Below, piece after piece: positions 63,251 through 64,000 of a DNA stretch of 64,000 nt. A model generated the notes under the pieces. That model was not told the DNA's origin and searched no databases. It saw nothing but the letters and a program-made list of their open reading frames with translations. The position numbers and the translations under genes are program-made. Source of the stretch: Planctomycetota bacterium (GTDB lineage: Bacteria; Planctomycetota; B15-G4; SIAN01); NCBI GenBank assembly GCA_031409275.1, contig JANNXA010000010.1, positions 32,001-96,000 on the forward strand. Reading direction: 5' to 3'. Numbering within the stretch: the stretch's first letter is position 1; each line of letters opens with the position of its first letter.

Positions 63251-64000
63251 GGCGCAACGCCTCCACCGGCTGCAACTTGGAGGCGCGGCTCGCAGGATAG
63301 AGGCCGAAGAAGACCCCGACCGCGAAGACGATCCCCAACGCCGCGACGATCGACCATGGCTTCACCGCGTAGGGAAACGGCGTGAAGGCGCCGACCAGGA
63401 ACGCCACCGCGAAGCCGAGCACGATGCCGACGATGCCGCCGGCCGAGGTGAGCGTGACTGACTCGACCAGGAACTGGAACAGGATGTTGCCGCGCTTGGC
63501 GCCGAGCGCCTTGCGGACGCCGATCTCGCGGGTGCGTTCGGTCACGGAGACCAGCATCACGTTCATGATGATGATCCCGCCGACCACCAGCGTGATGCTC
63601 ACCACGCCGATCAGCGTGGCGAAGATGCCGCTCGAGATCTTCTCCCAGAAGGTGAGGAACTGCTCGGCGGTGGTGAGGTTGAAGTCGTCGTCGCGGTCGG
63701 GGCGCAGTCCGTGGCGGACGCGCATCAGCGCGCGCGCCTCCTCGACCGCTGCGCCGAACCCGTCGAGTTGACGCGCCTTCACCAGCACGTTGATGCTGCG
63801 GAACTGCCCGTACTGCGCGAAGAGCGCCGACAACGGCACCACGCCGAAGACGTTGCGGTTCCGGCCGAGCACGTTGGCGCGCTTGGCGAAGACGCCGACC
63901 ACCTCGTAGTGGCGGCTGTCGAGTCGCACCTTCTGGCCGACCGGGTCGACGTCCGGGAAGAGCGTCGTCGCCACCTCATCGCCCAGCACGATCACCTCGC
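63243..64000 (-). CDS. MacB/FtsX-type ABC transporter permease (5'-truncated by the window edge)
   Basis: VVGGIIIMNVMLVSVTERTREIGVRKALGA, FGLYPASRASKLQPVEALR. Confidence 0.92.
   Translation of the reverse strand, partial: EVIVLGDEVATTLFPDVDPVGQKVRLDSRHYEVVGVFAKRANVLGRNRNVFGVVPLSALFAQYGQFRSINVLVKARQLDGFGAAVEEARALMRVRHGLRPDRDDDFNLTTAEQFLTFWEKISSGIFATLIGVVSITLVVGGIIIMNVMLVSVTERTREIGVRKALGAKRGNILFQFLVESVTLTSAGGIVGIVLGFAVAFLVGAFTPFPYAVKPWSIVAALGIVFAVGVFFGLYPASRASKLQPVEALRRE

Overview
High-GC bacterial chromosomal segment, probably Planctomycetota (inferred from a Ser/Thr kinase-TPR protein, an ECF sigma factor fused to a membrane anchor and long extracellular domain, a CRTAC1/ASPIC-UnbV protein, a sulfatase-like protein and several Tat-exported enzymes). 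It has about 55 protein-coding genes and one tRNA-Phe(GAA). Housekeeping genes include panB, thiE, groES/groEL, rpsT, def, ribF, acnA, fumC, a leuB-like gene and thiolase/crotonase/hbd. I saw no integrase, transposase, phage gene or CRISPR array. Most interesting: (1) a three-gene operon behind a Fur-like palindrome encoding an outer-membrane beta-barrel, an FMN-binding(SGAT)-ApbE fusion and a His-containing 4-TM protein, a candidate minimal flavin-based iron-reduction/uptake system; (2) intergenic structured repeats at 45.2-45.85 kb whose copies show compensatory base-pair changes; (3) three genes broken by small indels, including a 29-bp insertion bounded by a 6-bp direct repeat; (4) a uppS / membrane protein / winged-HTH operon with a perfect operator palindrome; (5) an apparently exported RidA divergent from a Tat-exported PLP enzyme. 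All family assignments come from recognising motifs by eye, not from database searches.
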